Assembly: GCF_964188315.1 (NCBI RefSeq)
Contig: NC_135655.1
Coordinates: 65,844,001 to 65,908,000, forward strand
Source of the DNA: Podarcis muralis
Taxonomy: Eukaryota
DNA: 64,000 nt
Direction: 5' to 3'
Part shown: positions 52,032 to 62,620 of the stretch, piece after piece
Position numbering within the stretch: the stretch's first letter is position 1
How the letters are laid out: each line of letters begins with the position of its first letter
Position numbers and translations under genes: made by a program
Notes under the pieces: generated by a model
The model's input: only the letters and a program-made list of their open reading frames with translations
The model's database searches: none
What the model was told of the DNA's origin: nothing

Positions 52032-52110
52032 GGAGAGCAGTGCAATATTGTCCCCGATAACGTTGATGACATTGTTGCAGATCTTGCCGCAGAAGCTCCG
52101 GAAGATGAAG
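52032..52110 (+). CDS. SPON1: F-spondin exon 10 (79 nt; GEQCNIVPDNVDDIVADLAAEAPEDE, acidic linker)
   Basis: Acceptor tttgcag and donor G|gtactt. Translated by hand; too short for the ORF track. Frame is consistent with both neighbours. Confidence 0.96.
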
Positions 52111-52961
52111 GTACTTTTTAACTATGTTCTATTTGCACAAGTTTGTGTTTTGCTTCATCCTCCAGTGCTGCTACTCTATATTTCACGCCTACTGCATTAT
52201 TATTAGGACAGTATTAAAAACAGGAAGGGGGAAAAACAATTTGCTTACCCATTTGTGGTTGGAGCCAGCATCATTACTTAATAAACACCCACAGTGATGG
52301 TGTCAAGCAGGCAGAATTTTTTGGAATTGAAAGCAGCACTATACTAATTTAGAAGAAGCCTAATCCCACTGACTTTATTATCCTGCGCTGGGTTGGTCTT
52401 CGTCAGGCTCTACTATTTTCCTCATCTAACTGCTCTTCTTTATTAATGATTGTGTTTGTCTATGAGGACAGGCTGCCCTTGTAAGCCTATAATATGTGTA
52501 GAATTCAAATGAGAGCAGGAATGATTCAGCCATATGCACTAGTATCTTAAATCGAGTATCGTAGAGATTATGGAGTTTGTTTTCAAAAGTAAAAAAGGGT
52601 GTTATCTCTTAAATTCAAAAGTTAATTGCCTCATTGTCATTTGTTTCTTTTTCTACTTTTGTCTAGGATGCAAGTAATTTCTGTGGTTTCTTTTCCTTTG
52701 AAAACTCATTAGAATTGCACATTTACAAGCCTATATTTCAGAATTACTTGTAGAGAAGTTGCCTTTTTAAAAAACTTAAATATCTGAATGACTTTGGCCA
52801 TCATCTGACTGTGTGACTTCTCAGTATTGCCCTTTTTATCTGGTCCAGAAGCTTCAACTAGTGCAAAATGCAATGACCAGACTGCTTAGAGGAGCAGGTT
52901 GCTGGCAACATGTTACTCCAGTGCTGAGAGAATTGCACTAGTTGCCAATTTGATACTAGGC

Positions 52962-53335
52962 TAGGTAGGACGCAGGTGGTCTAAACCACCGAGCCTCTTG
53001 GGCTTGCCGATTAGAAGGTCGGCGGTTCAAATCCCCGTGATGGGGTGAGCTTCCGTTGCTCTGTCCCAGCTCCTGCCAACCTAGCAGTTCGAAAGCATGC
53101 CAGTGCAAGTAGATAAATAGGTACCACTGCAGTGGGAAGGTAAACGGCATTTCCATGCACTCTGGCTTCCATCAAGGTGCTCTGTTGCACCAGAAGCAGT
53201 TTAGTCATGCTGGCCCCATGACCTGGAAAGCTGTCTTTGGACAAATGCCAGCTCCCTCAACCTGAAAGCGAGATGAGCGCCACAACCCCATAGTCGCCTT
53301 TGACTGGACTTAACAGACCAGGGGTTCTTTACCTT
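52962..53335 (+). mobile_element. Sauria/Squam1 SINE, full length
   Basis: Same core as the other copies, tail tttaccttt. TSD tactaggc at 52954-52961 and 53336-53343. Confidence 0.92.
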
Positions 53336-54592
53336 TACTAGGCCAGGTTCCAAGTTTTAGTGTTAATCCACGAAGCCCTAAACAACTTGAGCCCAAAATG
53401 TCTTAAGGATCATCTGAGCCCTACCTTGATCATTGAGATCTTCTGCTGGGACAGTTCTGGTGGTTCCTCACACACTACTGAAGTTCAGTTGGCCTTTCCT
53501 ATGGGATTGAGCTTGTAGTGTGGCAGCCCCTGTGCTGCAGAACTCCTTGCCATGTAGAAGGTCCAGCAGGAATCATCTCGGCCATTTTTCAGACAGCATC
53601 TGAAAACTGTCTTGTAAAGACTAGCCTTGGGAATCTGATTTTCTTTTTCAATCAACTGATGTTCCTAATGATATTTTCACTGGTGCTTTTACTGAATTTA
53701 TTATAATCTTGCATACTGCCTTGTTATACTTTTGTGAAAGTGTGGATTATAAACACTTCAGTCAATAAATAAATGAAGTGAAATTCCAGCCCTCCCATCT
53801 TCTTTAGCACTATGCTGCAACTGCTAACTTGTCCTGTACTGTTTGAGCATGGAGCAGCATAACAGGAAATAGCTGCTGAAAGGCAGACTAAACAGGAAGA
53901 TTTTTCATTAAATTCTACTGGAAGATGTTCTGGCTTCTCCATTACTGTGGAATAGCCACTTAATATGCCTCTGTATGCAGTCTTCTAGATGTCTTCAAAG
54001 CTGTAAACTGACATGCAGAATAAGTGAGCAACATGTCATACCAGGCAACTCAAAAACTGGTAGAAAAGAGCATGGCTGTCATTCCATATGGAAGGATGCT
54101 TTGTAGAGATGCCCCTCATGTTCCTCCTGCAGAAAGTACCAGCTTCAATCCCTGGCATACCCAGTGAAATAATATCACACTAGGAGGCATGTAGAAGAGT
54201 TTTGTTTTTGTTTTTAAAACCCCTTGACCTATTTGAGTGGGATACTTTGATTGGCTGGCAATGTTACACTGAAAACATGTGTGTGTTTGCATGCAAAATA
54301 ATTTGAGTGGCTAGTCTAAGATGCTCTGTGAGCACCTGTGTACATGGCTGAGAATGCCAGATAGCCTATGGCGAGAAGTATTCATAAATGAACGAGATGT
54401 GAGAAGATCAAGAAAACAGAAGGCACAATAGATAAATGGGGGTATCAGCAAAATTCATCCCTAGGCTTGTTTGTCCTTTGGAAAGTCATTTGTGATGGTG
54501 GTGGCTGTCTTAATATCCTATGGCAGTGAGTCCCTTAGGGTAATTATTATGCACCATGTGAGTAACTGTTTCTTTTTTCTTTTTTCTTTTAG

Positions 54593-54775
54593 ACGACACT
54601 CCAGAAACCTGTATCTATTCCAACTGGTCCCCATGGTCAGCCTGTAGCTCTTCCACGTGTGAAAAGGGCAAGCGGATGAGGCAGAGGATGCTCAAAGCTC
54701 AGCTTGACCTCAGTGTGCCTTGCCCAGAAACGCAGGACTTTCAGCCATGCATGGGCCCAGGCTGCAGTGATGAAG
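54593..54775 (+). CDS. SPON1: F-spondin exon 11 (183 nt; TSR1, DDTPETCIYSNWSPWSACSSSTCEKG...CMGPGCSDE)
   Basis: Long polypyrimidine tract ending in ag, and donor G|gtagga. WSxW and Cys pattern of a TSR. Confidence 0.97.
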
Positions 54776-54890
54776 GTAGGAAAGAGAAGAAGGGGGGGGG
54801 GGGTTGAGATAAAGGTATGCTTCTCTTCCCACCCAGCCCACATCCAGGTGAGACTTAGAAAAGAAATGGCAATTGTATTCTATATTTTAG

Positions 54891-55061
54891 ATGGCTCCAC
54901 ATGTATGATGTCCGAGTGGATAACGTGGTCCCCCTGCAGCGTCTCTTGTGGCATGGGCATGCGGTCGAGAGAAAGATATGTGAAGCAGTTCCCCGACGAT
55001 GGCTCTATATGCAAAGTACCCACAGAAGAGACCGAGAAGTGCATTGTGAATGAGGAGTGCT
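54891..55061 (+). CDS. SPON1: F-spondin exon 12 (171 nt; TSR2, DGSTCMMSEWITWSPCSVSCGMG...IVNEEC)
   Basis: Acceptor attttag and donor T|gtaagt. Lies within ORF 54704..55078. Confidence 0.98.
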
Positions 55062-55173
55062 GTAAGTATTTGATTTAGCCTACCTCGCTGAATCAGCATA
55101 AGAGCTGCCTGTGATCCCTCTATTAAACGAGTGCCAGTAGACTGATCTTCTTTCTGCCTATTGTTATCAATAG

Positions 55174-55341
55174 CTCCTAGTACCTGCCTGGTGACGGAAT
55201 GGGGGGAGTGGGATGAATGCAGTGCCAGCTGTGGGATGGGAATGAAGAAACGGCACCGGATGATCAAGATGACCCCAGCAGACGGATCCATGTGCAAGGC
55301 AGAAACCACGGAAGCCGAGAAATGCATGATGCCCGAATGCC
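55174..55341 (+). CDS. SPON1: F-spondin exon 13 (168 nt; TSR3, SPSTCLVTEWGEWDECSASCGMG...MMPEC)
   Basis: Acceptor caatag and donor C|gtaagt. Lies within ORF 55161..55496. Confidence 0.98.
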
Positions 55342-56828
55342 GTAAGTATCTGAGATTCACCCAGTCACTGTGTGGGAAAGTGACATGTCTCCCCCCCCTT
55401 GGGATGTGGCTCAACCACAGTTTGTTATACTCAGAGACAAGCAAATTTGCAGGTGGAAGAAAGAATGCACCCTCACTGAGCAGGCAACTGAGCTGATGCT
55501 TCTCGCGTAGCCATGTGGCCTAAAGTTAGGGAGGGATGAACTGGCCTGTTTTGGGTAAGTGCCCCTTTCACATATTTTTACCCATAATTCTATTCCATTT
55601 CCACATTAATCTTCAATATTAAAAGATCATCTCAAACTACATATTAAAAATTATGAAAACAGTTCTCTTAAAACGTATGTATTTAAATTGTGACACACAC
55701 GCCATCTTCAAATTATGTATCAAATGCATACTGTGTCACAATATTCAGAGAGGTTCAAACTCAGCAGATGGCTAACATCTGCCCTACGTGTTAGTCCAGG
55801 TCCTTTTGCATAAGGATTTGCAAAGACTTCAGCATCCCAAGCGACCTTGGCTTTCTCTCTTCTCTAAAGTCTAAACTACTTTAAATAGCTATTGCAACAT
55901 CCTACAAAATTCCTTTGTCTTTTGATGATTAATCCCATTTGTTTGGCAGCTTTAAAGCTTCAAATGCAAAACCTGCCATTATTGACTTCGTCTCTCTTTT
56001 CTTGGGCTTCACAAAAGAGCACTTGTTTCAGATGGAAAGTTGTGTGATTCATTTCAGCAAAGCCACCTTTAATAGTATTAGCAGGGAGGTTGCATGTGAT
56101 TATAGAGTGCACTTAAGTAAAATATACCACTTTAACTCAGATTTGAAGTCAAGTCTGTAACATGACGTATGCTGGATATTCTTAATCTAGGCATTCTTTT
56201 TCTACATCACTATCTTCAGATAATTTCCTTGGCCAGGAAGATTATGGGCTGTGGTTTGAATGCTTCAGCTGGAGCCAGCAACCCCAGGGTGTTTGACCCA
56301 CAGTGCCATCAGTTAAGCCTGAAATGGTGCAACCAACTCCACTACCCCATTCTGCTGCATTTTTATACCTGCCCTCTAATCCTAGACTAGGGCAGGGCAG
56401 ATGGAAGAGTCAAAGACCTTTATAATGAAGAAGTCAGGCCTAGGACAACAGGGCTGAAATATGGAGGGGCTCAGAGAAATGAGGGCAAGGGGAACTGGCC
56501 AGAAGGATGAGAATGATAGGCAAAAATAACCCCCAGAATCCCCTGACACAGATAAGGAATAGGCTGAACAGATGAGGAGGTTCACATGAGCAGGATCTGC
56601 AGGGGTAAGATACTGATTTGAAATAGCCTTCCAGATCTCTGTTTTGGAAAACCATTTGCTTCTGATTTCTTCTGCAGCCAAAATTATTCACCTTGTAGAA
56701 TCAATATTCATCTCACTTATGTTCATCTGACCACGGTATGAAAAAAAACCCCATCAGCTGTACATCTATAGGACTGCTCCTGCCTGTTTTATAGGTTTTG
56801 GCTGGCTCTCGTGCATATATTAATGGGA

Positions 56829-57133
56829 CCATAAATCAGTTCACTAGATACAAAACTGCATTTCCCCATGTATGGACCATTTCATACAACATTGGCCTGA
56901 AGACTCAAGTCGAAAGGAGAGCTCCACGCAGGATAAGCATGCATTAAACATATGCTGCAGAATATAGCCTTCAAATTCTTATTCTGAAGTATGTACAGGC
57001 ACATGCTAATACGTAATGTACCAAATGGCTCTGAGGCTAACATTAATTAGTATCTCTCAAGCCTCTCCTGTCACTGTGATTTATGTACTCAGTCCAGTGA
57101 ACCTTTGCATGTTATGAAATCACCCATAAATCA
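56829..57133. promoter_or_regulatory. Candidate PBX-HOX/MEIS enhancer motif cluster in intron 13
   Basis: CCATAAATCA at 56829 and 57124, TGATTTATG at 57077, CTGTCA at 57068. Motifs only; no functional data. Confidence 0.45.
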
Positions 57134-58448
57134 GTCTAATGTGAGGTCTCAATGGATTGACTTCAAGTCTTGTAAAAGAATAAACAGCACCATTGGGTGG
57201 CTAGAGGACTAGCCATCTCCAGGCTATAAAAATCATCAGGGAGTGCAAGCAGCTGTGTGCCACCCGCATCATGCCAGTCACCCTTGTTTACTGTTTTTAC
57301 ACATCATGAAACCAGCCCCAGGAAACCGTAGTGGTGTGAACTGATGCTGACCTGACTTTACGAGGTGTGAAAATATCCATTGTCTCAGGCTCCATTGCCT
57401 GCCTAGCCAGTGTCACTTTAACTCTGGACTTTGTTCTCCTCAGTTCACTCTCTTGACTGAATTATTCCTGGATTTCCCCCAACTGGTTCTCTTGGTACAT
57501 TTTCTCATTGGCACATGTAACAATTTCCTTCAAGAAAGCCTAACAAATACCACATTCTAGCATGGGTGAATGAATTCATTTGACCGGACTTTAGAAAAAT
57601 AATCATTTCAGGTTTCATGAAATACATTCAAAATCACAACAAAGAGCCATAGATGCATCTTCATTGATACAACGCTATTAGAATCTGGAGGCACCAAACT
57701 ATCCAAAATGATTTTTTAAAAGCTTTGGGGGGGACACACTAATCTTGGGGCCCCTAAATCAATGTATAAGTATTTACAAAGGTATCTTGCTTCATCTCCT
57801 CCTTACTGAAGCTGCATTGTAAACATACCATGCTGTGCCAGTTTGCACACCATAGTCATTCAACCACTGGATGTAAATGTGTCCAGAGTTTTCCAGTGCT
57901 GTATGATCTCTAACCTCTTTGGTGGAAGCCACTGGGGCTTACAATGATACTTGAACTGTAGCTTTCTCTGATTCCTTACACTGGTGATGTACTCATTGCT
58001 CAAAGCTATGTTAAAGTAAACTCGTTTTCTCAGGGCACATGTAGAGTTCCAGTTGAACTGAGCTTCTTGGCAAAAGCAGCTGCCATTTAAATTGGAGAAA
58101 TAGCAAAGGGGAGATGGGTTAACTCTGTCCCCTCACAGCCCTGAGCCAATTCAGGGTGAGGACAGACTGCTCCCAAGATGGAAAAAAGAGAGACTGGAAG
58201 AGCTGATTGCAATTTCTCATTTGCCCCACAAGTGAGAAAGATGGGGTGATGGGGTCACTGGTGTTTGCACCCTGGTAGTCAATATGGATTTGAGCCAATA
58301 AGGGTCCTCCTCCATTGCAAGATCCTCCCACAGTACCAATCCTGTCTCTACCAATTGGCCCTGTCCTCCAGCTTTTTCCAAATGGCTGGACAACACTTTG
58401 AAATTAAACCCTGGCTGTGAGCTAGTCAATCTTTCTCCCTTGCGCTAG

Positions 58449-58613
58449 ATACCATTCCCTGTATGCTGTCTCCTTGGTCTGAATGGAGTGACTGCAGTGT
58501 AACATGTGGGAAGGGGATGAGGACGCGACAGAGAATGCTGAAATCTGCAGCAGAGCTAGGAGACTGCAATGAGGAGCTGGAGCAAGTTGAAAAGTGCATG
58601 CTGCCCGAGTGCC
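58449..58613 (+). CDS. SPON1: F-spondin exon 14 (165 nt; TSR4, HTIPCMLSPWSEWSDCSVTCGKG...MLPEC)
   Basis: Acceptor gctag and donor C|gtaagt. Overlaps ORF 58463..58738. Confidence 0.98.
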
Positions 58614-58980
58614 GTAAGTACCGATGTCTGGAGTCTGAAGGCCAGTTTGCTGTTTCCCTTCCCCTTCTTTCCTATTCAGCATGCTGCTTGGCCAGAAATG
58701 TGGTCATTCTGCTTGCTTTGACAAAGTGCTACTCCTAACCTGATCATAGCCTTGAGTCAAGAGGGGTGATGTACAGCTACACAGGCATTGCCAAAGCACC
58801 ATTTCCACACAAGCTGTCAGGGCAGGGTCATCGACAAGCAGACTGACATGGGCAAGGAAGTGGGAACATGGAGATCTGGGACAAAGATGTAAGTCAGGCC
58901 CAAAGGACAAATGAGAAGGCAGAAATCAAGGAGCAAGGCAGAAATCAGTACCAAATAACAAGAGCTAGAGAGCTGAAGAA

Positions 58981-59336
58981 CAGGGCCGTCTTTACCCAGG
59001 GGTGCAAGGGGTGTGGGGCACCCGGGCGCTGAATTCGGGGGGGGGGGGCGCTGTATACCAGTCCCTCTTGATTTGCGGCAGTGAAAAGCAATGGAGCAGA
59101 AGTCCCCACCCCCCTCCTCCATTGCTCTGTTACTTTGTAGCATCATATATTCCCAAGTGGTCAGGAAACAAAAGCAGGTTTTTCTGCTGCGTTGTTGTTA
59201 CAGGTGAGTGATTCCCCATTCCCAAAAAAGCTCAACAACCCCTTGAGTTCACCCCCCCCTAAAAATAGGTCAACCACTTTGGGGGCGCTGGGCGGGGCTT
59301 TGCACCCCAGCAGCTCATATGCTAAAGACCACCCTG
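58981..59336. mobile_element. hAT-type MITE
   Basis: TIRs cagggccgtcttta / taaagaccaccctg. TSD ctgaagaa / ctcaagaa (7 of 8). Confidence 0.85.
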
Positions 59337-60712
59337 CTCAAGAAGACCTTGTTGATTGAATAAGGCTTGGCTGAGTGGGCAGAGTCAGTCCAAGGCTTGA
59401 AGATACTTTGCTTATAAGCTGTCACTTTAGAAGCTGTCACCACACAGGTCACAGATATCAGCAGCTCCTGACACAAGGGTAGAATGTCTAATTCTATTGC
59501 AGAGATCACAAATAGAGAATGATTTCTTCTGTGTCAATGTTGGAGAGCCTATGAAAGGCCTTCCTTGCTGCTGAAAAGTGTTTGCAATGGTGATGCAGAA
59601 CTACTGCTAGTTCTATCACACACCTGATGCCTATAGAAAGCAGGCTTCGGTTCTACTGCCCACGTGCTGATCAACAGTAGAAATGAAGCTTTCTGGGTCA
59701 GCTGCACCTGGTGTTTTGACATCCCAAATTCAAGGCTTCAAAAGTGCCCAAGCCCCTGACTCGTTCTGATGTCAGATGGTTGACAGGTGGGCAGCCCCAC
59801 CCCCTGCCAGATTTGGCCCATGGAGCCCAAAAGATTCCCCACCCTGAACTCGAGACTTCCCAAAAGATAGCTCATACTTTTAACTGCTAGATCATCCCAG
59901 CTTTCAAATGGTGATGACTGCAGGATCTTTCTGTTTCGGCTCCCCAACCTTGCTTCTGGTCTCCTAACTCTGCCCACCCACAAGTGTGTTCCATTATAGA
60001 GCCAAGTGCCACTTAAATTCTTTGAAAAGATTTTACCCTTCCAAAGATCCAGGTTATTCTATTAGGCATCTAAGTAGCCTGCATGCTGGGGCTCTGAGGA
60101 GAAGAGGTGCCACTGGATTCTGCCATGGGAGGCATGAATGAGTTCAAGGTAATGGGTTGGTTCATTACAGTGGGAAGTAGAGGAAAAGAGTGTAGGGGGA
60201 GAGAATAACAGTGCCTTGTTGGGAATCCCTGTGATTCTCCTGGCATCTCTGTGTCTGTGAAAGGAACAGAATGTGAATGTTGTCTGAAGTGGTGCAAAAA
60301 CAGCCCCTGGGTCTGTGTGCTCTAAAGACGAGCATTTCACTGCTTCCATATTCATTTCTGCCTGGCCAATGAAAGGCCGCCACAGATGGAGAGTAAGTCC
60401 CCAGTGGAGTAATTTGAGCTTATTCTCAAAACATAATTATAAGAAGATGATCTAGGTTCTGTGTTGCTATAAAACAACCTTCCCCAAGTTGGTGCTCCTA
60501 AGCTAGCATGACCAGGGATGATGGGAGTCGTAGTCCACTGGCATCTGTAGGACACCAGAGTGCAGAGAGCTGCTATAAAATTTGCTCTGAGACCATCAGG
60601 GAATTTTCCTGCTTTTTGGTGCCACTATCAGAGCATATTGACATTGTTCCTTAACTTCGTCTGTTTGAGTAGCTTGATGCTCACGGCAGTCTTTCTTGTT
60701 CTGTCTGTGTAG

Positions 60713-60976
60713 CCATTGACTGTGAGTTAACAGAGTGGTCTCAGTGGTCAGAATGCAACAAATCTTGTGGGAAAGGCCATATGATCAGGACAAGGATGAT
60801 CAAAATGGAACCCCAGTTTGGAGGAGCTTCGTGCCCAGAAACTGTACAGCGTAAAAAATGCCGGATAAGGAAATGCTTGAGAAATCCCAATATTGAGAAA
60901 CGGCGGTGGAAAGAGCCTCGTGAAAAAAGGAGAAGTGAGCAGGCAAAAGAAGATGTAGATGGCGAGCAATTTCCAG
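60713..60976 (+). CDS. SPON1: F-spondin exon 15 (264 nt; TSR5 plus basic linker, PIDCELTEWSQWSECNKSCGKG...DGEQFP)
   Basis: Acceptor tgtgtag and donor G|gtatgt. Overlaps ORF 60781..61173. Confidence 0.98.
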
Positions 60977-61070
60977 GTATGTGTTGTAGACGTTGCTTGG
61001 AACTGTTGTGCAACCAAAAACTGGTTAAAAGAGGGGCAAACAGGCACACAACCCTAGACTACAATGCTAG

Positions 61071-61184
61071 TTTGTTTGTTTATTCTGAAGTCATTTATTT
61101 GTTTGTTTATTGTTTATTGAAGTCATTGTTTGTTTATTCTGAAGTCATTTATAGATTCATTTATAGATTATAGATTTATAGATT
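61071..61184. repeat. Degenerate local tandem repeat in intron 15
   Basis: Three (tttg)n-tatt(c)tgaagtcatt units followed by four ttatagatt units. Confidence 0.85.
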
Positions 61185-61880
61185 CAGAGATCACAGGAAT
61201 GGTTAATGCACAAAACCCCCCAAAATTATAAAGAAAATACAACATGATTTAAACCAATTTCAGAATAAACACAAAACAGAATAAAGCACATACTAAGCTC
61301 CAGACACCCAGTTTTGAAACTTTGGGTTTTATCCCACTTCAGGCATACTCAGAAAGATCCATTAATTTTTCAAGTCACGTCAGACTTAGGACCATTAGTT
61401 TTGAAGGGTCTACTCTGAATAAAACTTAGCTGGCTCCAAGCACCTTTTCTGAAATGTAGAATGGGAGCACATTCCATAGCCTCGATCCTCTGCTTCTGTT
61501 TGTCATTCGTCCTATCTATTTAATAGAAGGGGCCCAGTTAATGTACTAAGTAGGACTACTGCAGTCCCTTGTGCATTTGGAAGAGCAGCCTATTCACATG
61601 GGCAACATCTGCCACTCAGAAGATCCATTGTGTGGATGTGGCAGTTGAGATAGACTCATGAGCCACAGATACTCACAAGGAATTTCTAAAAGTATAAACT
61701 TTTAGAAGTATAAACTATTTCTCAAGGTAATATGCCAAATGACCTGTGGAATTATTTATATATCTAACCATGATATTTTAAAAGCTTGAAGTTAAGAACA
61801 GAAATCAAAACAAGTGTACAGAAGAGAGAATTTCCGCACGCATTTTTGACCTTCATGCTTTTATTTTATTTTTATTTTAG

Positions 61881-62044
61881 GTTGTAAGATGAAACCATGG
61901 ACTGCTTGGTCAGAATGTACCAAACTGTGTGGGGGTGGAATCCAGGAGAGGTTCATGACAGTCAAGAAGAGATTCAAAAGCACTCAGTTTACTAGTTGCA
62001 AAGACAAGAAGGAATTAAGAGCCTGCAATGTTCATCCGTGTTAG
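61881..62044 (+). CDS. SPON1: F-spondin exon 16 coding part (TSR6, GCKMKPWTAWSECTKLCGGG...KKRFKS...CNVHPC, stop TAG); KRFK motif at 61967-61978
   Basis: Acceptor attttag. C-terminus NVHPC* matches recalled F-spondin. All ten exons sum to 1602 nt = 534 codons. Confidence 0.98.
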
Positions 62045-62620
62045 CAAAACCTGAGTCTTTCAAATAATGCACTCTGAGCTAAATGTAAAATCAACCTTGA
62101 TTTGATTTTTTTTTAAAAGAAGATATAAATTGTGTATATTAGTTTTCATTTTTGCAGTGTGGTTTGCTTATTAGTCTTGCTGGTGCAAGAGATATATTTT
62201 ATAAATATTTCCTCACAAATGTATGCTGAGAGTGGCTCCTTGATGCTCCAGCTAGCCCTTAATGCATAAAAATAGTGAAGTCATTGTGAACTCCTAATAA
62301 CTTTGAAATTATAGACATCTCTGTGTGGACATACCATAATCATAGAAATATTACCTGTAAATACACAGGATGCATGCATAAATTACATTGCAAACATAAA
62401 TACCTATTTGGATCCAGTTTCAAAATACTCAAAGCAGTGCCTCTGTGATTACACAACTGTGCCAAGGAATTTCTTCAATAATGCTGGTTCAGTAATACTT
62501 CAGGTGCATAGTTATCTTTTTAAATTTGTATTTATAGCAATCCTGTGAGACATTTCTTTTTCCTTCGGTAGGGACCACTACAAAATAAAGCATATTTTCT
62601 TCCTTCCCACTTTCAGAAGG
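62045..62620 (+). other. SPON1: SPON1 3' UTR, proximal part; true end unknown
   Basis: AT-rich sequence directly after the stop, with no recognisable repeat up to about 62740. Confidence 0.7.
62584..62589 (+). terminator. Candidate polyadenylation signal AATAAA
   Basis: First AATAAA I found after the stop codon, followed by U-rich sequence. The UTR could extend further. Confidence 0.4.

Noticed and set aside
54776-54853. Alternative donor CAG|gtgaga 72 nt into intron 11
   Set aside because: The extension is a multiple of 3 but hits TGA at 54805-54807. There is no expression evidence, so it is at most a cryptic NMD site.
54887-55444. 185-aa minus-strand ORF
   Set aside because: Antisense shadow of SPON1 exons 12-13 with no recognisable domain.
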